IMG/VR virus record: IMGVR_UViG_2548877009_000019
From: a virus
Lineage: Duplodnaviria > Heunggongvirae > Uroviricota > Caudoviricetes
DNA length: 5,037 nucleotides
Reading direction: 5' to 3' (one strand)
The stretch's first letter is position 1, and the number at the start of each line of letters is the position of its first letter. Below are positions 4,367 through 5,037 of this stretch, piece by piece. Under the pieces are notes generated by a model, which had not been told where the DNA came from, did no database searches, and saw only the letters and a list, made by a program, of their open reading frames with translations. Position numbers and translations under genes: made by a program.

Positions 4367-4572
4367 AACAGGAATTTTCCGGCGTTCCTGATGATGCGGC
4401 TGATGCGCTTTCGTCAATGCCAGAACTTATTAGAGCGGCTTTTTTCTTACTTTCCACGAGAGAATATAAATCAACGGGGCTTGATGTACTGAATATCGCC
4501 GCCGATTATGCGGAATATGTGGCAGAGGCTCGTTACAGAAGAAAATTTCCTGAGGATGTAAACCATGCGTGA
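4339..4572 (+). CDS. Hypothetical small protein (77 aa, MLDDRFNSLKQEF...)
   Basis: ATG at 4339 immediately after the G-run, which can act as a Shine-Dalgarno. Stop overlaps the next start (ATGCGTGA). May be the C-terminal part of a fusion with the upstream ORF if the G tract is really G10. Confidence 0.55.
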   Translation: MLDDRFNSLKQEFSGVPDDAADALSSMPELIRAAFFLLSTREYKSTGLDVLNIAADYAEYVAEARYRRKFPEDVNHA

Positions 4573-4798
4573 TATTTACCACGAAACAACAGATCGCGTA
4601 TTTCTTGCACTTTCTCACAGTGAAAATATGATGGAAATATTGCGCATATGGCTTGAAACACTTGGCGACAATGAACGCGACAAACAAAAATCAAGAATTG
4701 CCACGGCATTAATAACGCTTCTTGAGCCTGTAATAAATGAGTTGCAGGAAATAGAGACATTACACGACCAGTATAAAGCGCCCCACACCGGAGAATAA
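4565..4798 (+). CDS. Hypothetical small protein (77 aa, MRDIYHETTDRVF...)
   Basis: ATG at 4565 preceded by GAGGA (4552-4556, 8-nt spacer); 8-nt overlap with the upstream gene. Antisense ORFs in this region (4430-4687, 4533-4844 minus) have no such signals. Confidence 0.6.
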   Translation: MRDIYHETTDRVFLALSHSENMMEILRIWLETLGDNERDKQKSRIATALITLLEPVINELQEIETLHDQYKAPHTGE

Positions 4799-4803
4799 AA
4801 ATA

Positions 4804-5037
4804 ATGAAACTTAAATATTCTGGCTTAACTGCCAGTGGCAACACTCACCCTAAATTTACGCGCGGTGATATTTACCGCGACCAGTACGGCGGTACGGTAA
4901 TGATTAAGGGCGTGGCGGGACGGTGCGTAACTTACCGCCGTGAAGGTTACGAATATGATTGCGTGATGCCTGTTTATCAGTTCCGGCGTGATTTTTCTCT
5001 GGTACAGACCGCGCCGCATAACGTGCCCACCAGCAAC
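4804..5037 (+). CDS. Hypothetical protein, 3'-truncated by the window edge (first 78 codons, MKLKYSGLTASGNTHPKFTRGDIYRDQYGG...)
   Basis: ATG at 4804 preceded by GGAGA (4790-4794). Open to the end of the window in frame 1; not in the ORF track because no stop is reached. Hand-translated. Confidence 0.55.
   Translation, partial: MKLKYSGLTASGNTHPKFTRGDIYRDQYGGTVMIKGVAGRCVTYRREGYEYDCVMPVYQFRRDFSLVQTAPHNVPTSN

Noticed and set aside
4430-5019. Minus-strand ORFs 4430-4687, 4533-4844 and 4825-5019
   Set aside because: Antisense to a run of plus-strand genes that have Shine-Dalgarno sequences and coupled start/stop codons; their translations are hydrophobic and low-complexity.

Overview
This window looks like the integrase-proximal end of an integrative mobile element of the P4-like satellite / PICI-like type from an Enterobacteriaceae-like genome (inferred from gene content and roughly 50% GC; no database search was possible). 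It opens with a 409-aa tyrosine integrase (1-1230, +), followed by an AlpA-family regulator (1605-1793, +). Between about 1800 and 3720 there is a repeat-rich, gene-poor regulatory region: an imperfectly duplicated unit of roughly 700 bp carrying small minus-strand ORFs with a conserved 45-bp hairpin-forming leader, sigma70-like promoters with GTGT-N3/4-ACAC palindromes, and three copies of a plus-strand module (GC-stem hairpin with 17-18-nt loop, CTAACCA, Shine-Dalgarno, ATG, conserved peptide start). A strong intrinsic terminator at 3538-3560 precedes a translationally coupled operon of at least six small ORFs (3723 to the window end) with no function I can recognise. A G9 homopolymer sits at one gene junction. 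The long plus-strand ORFs in the track between 1846 and 3911 are almost certainly spurious. The most interesting candidate is an RNA-structure / attenuation-based switch controlling the early operon, but this is inference from sequence alone.
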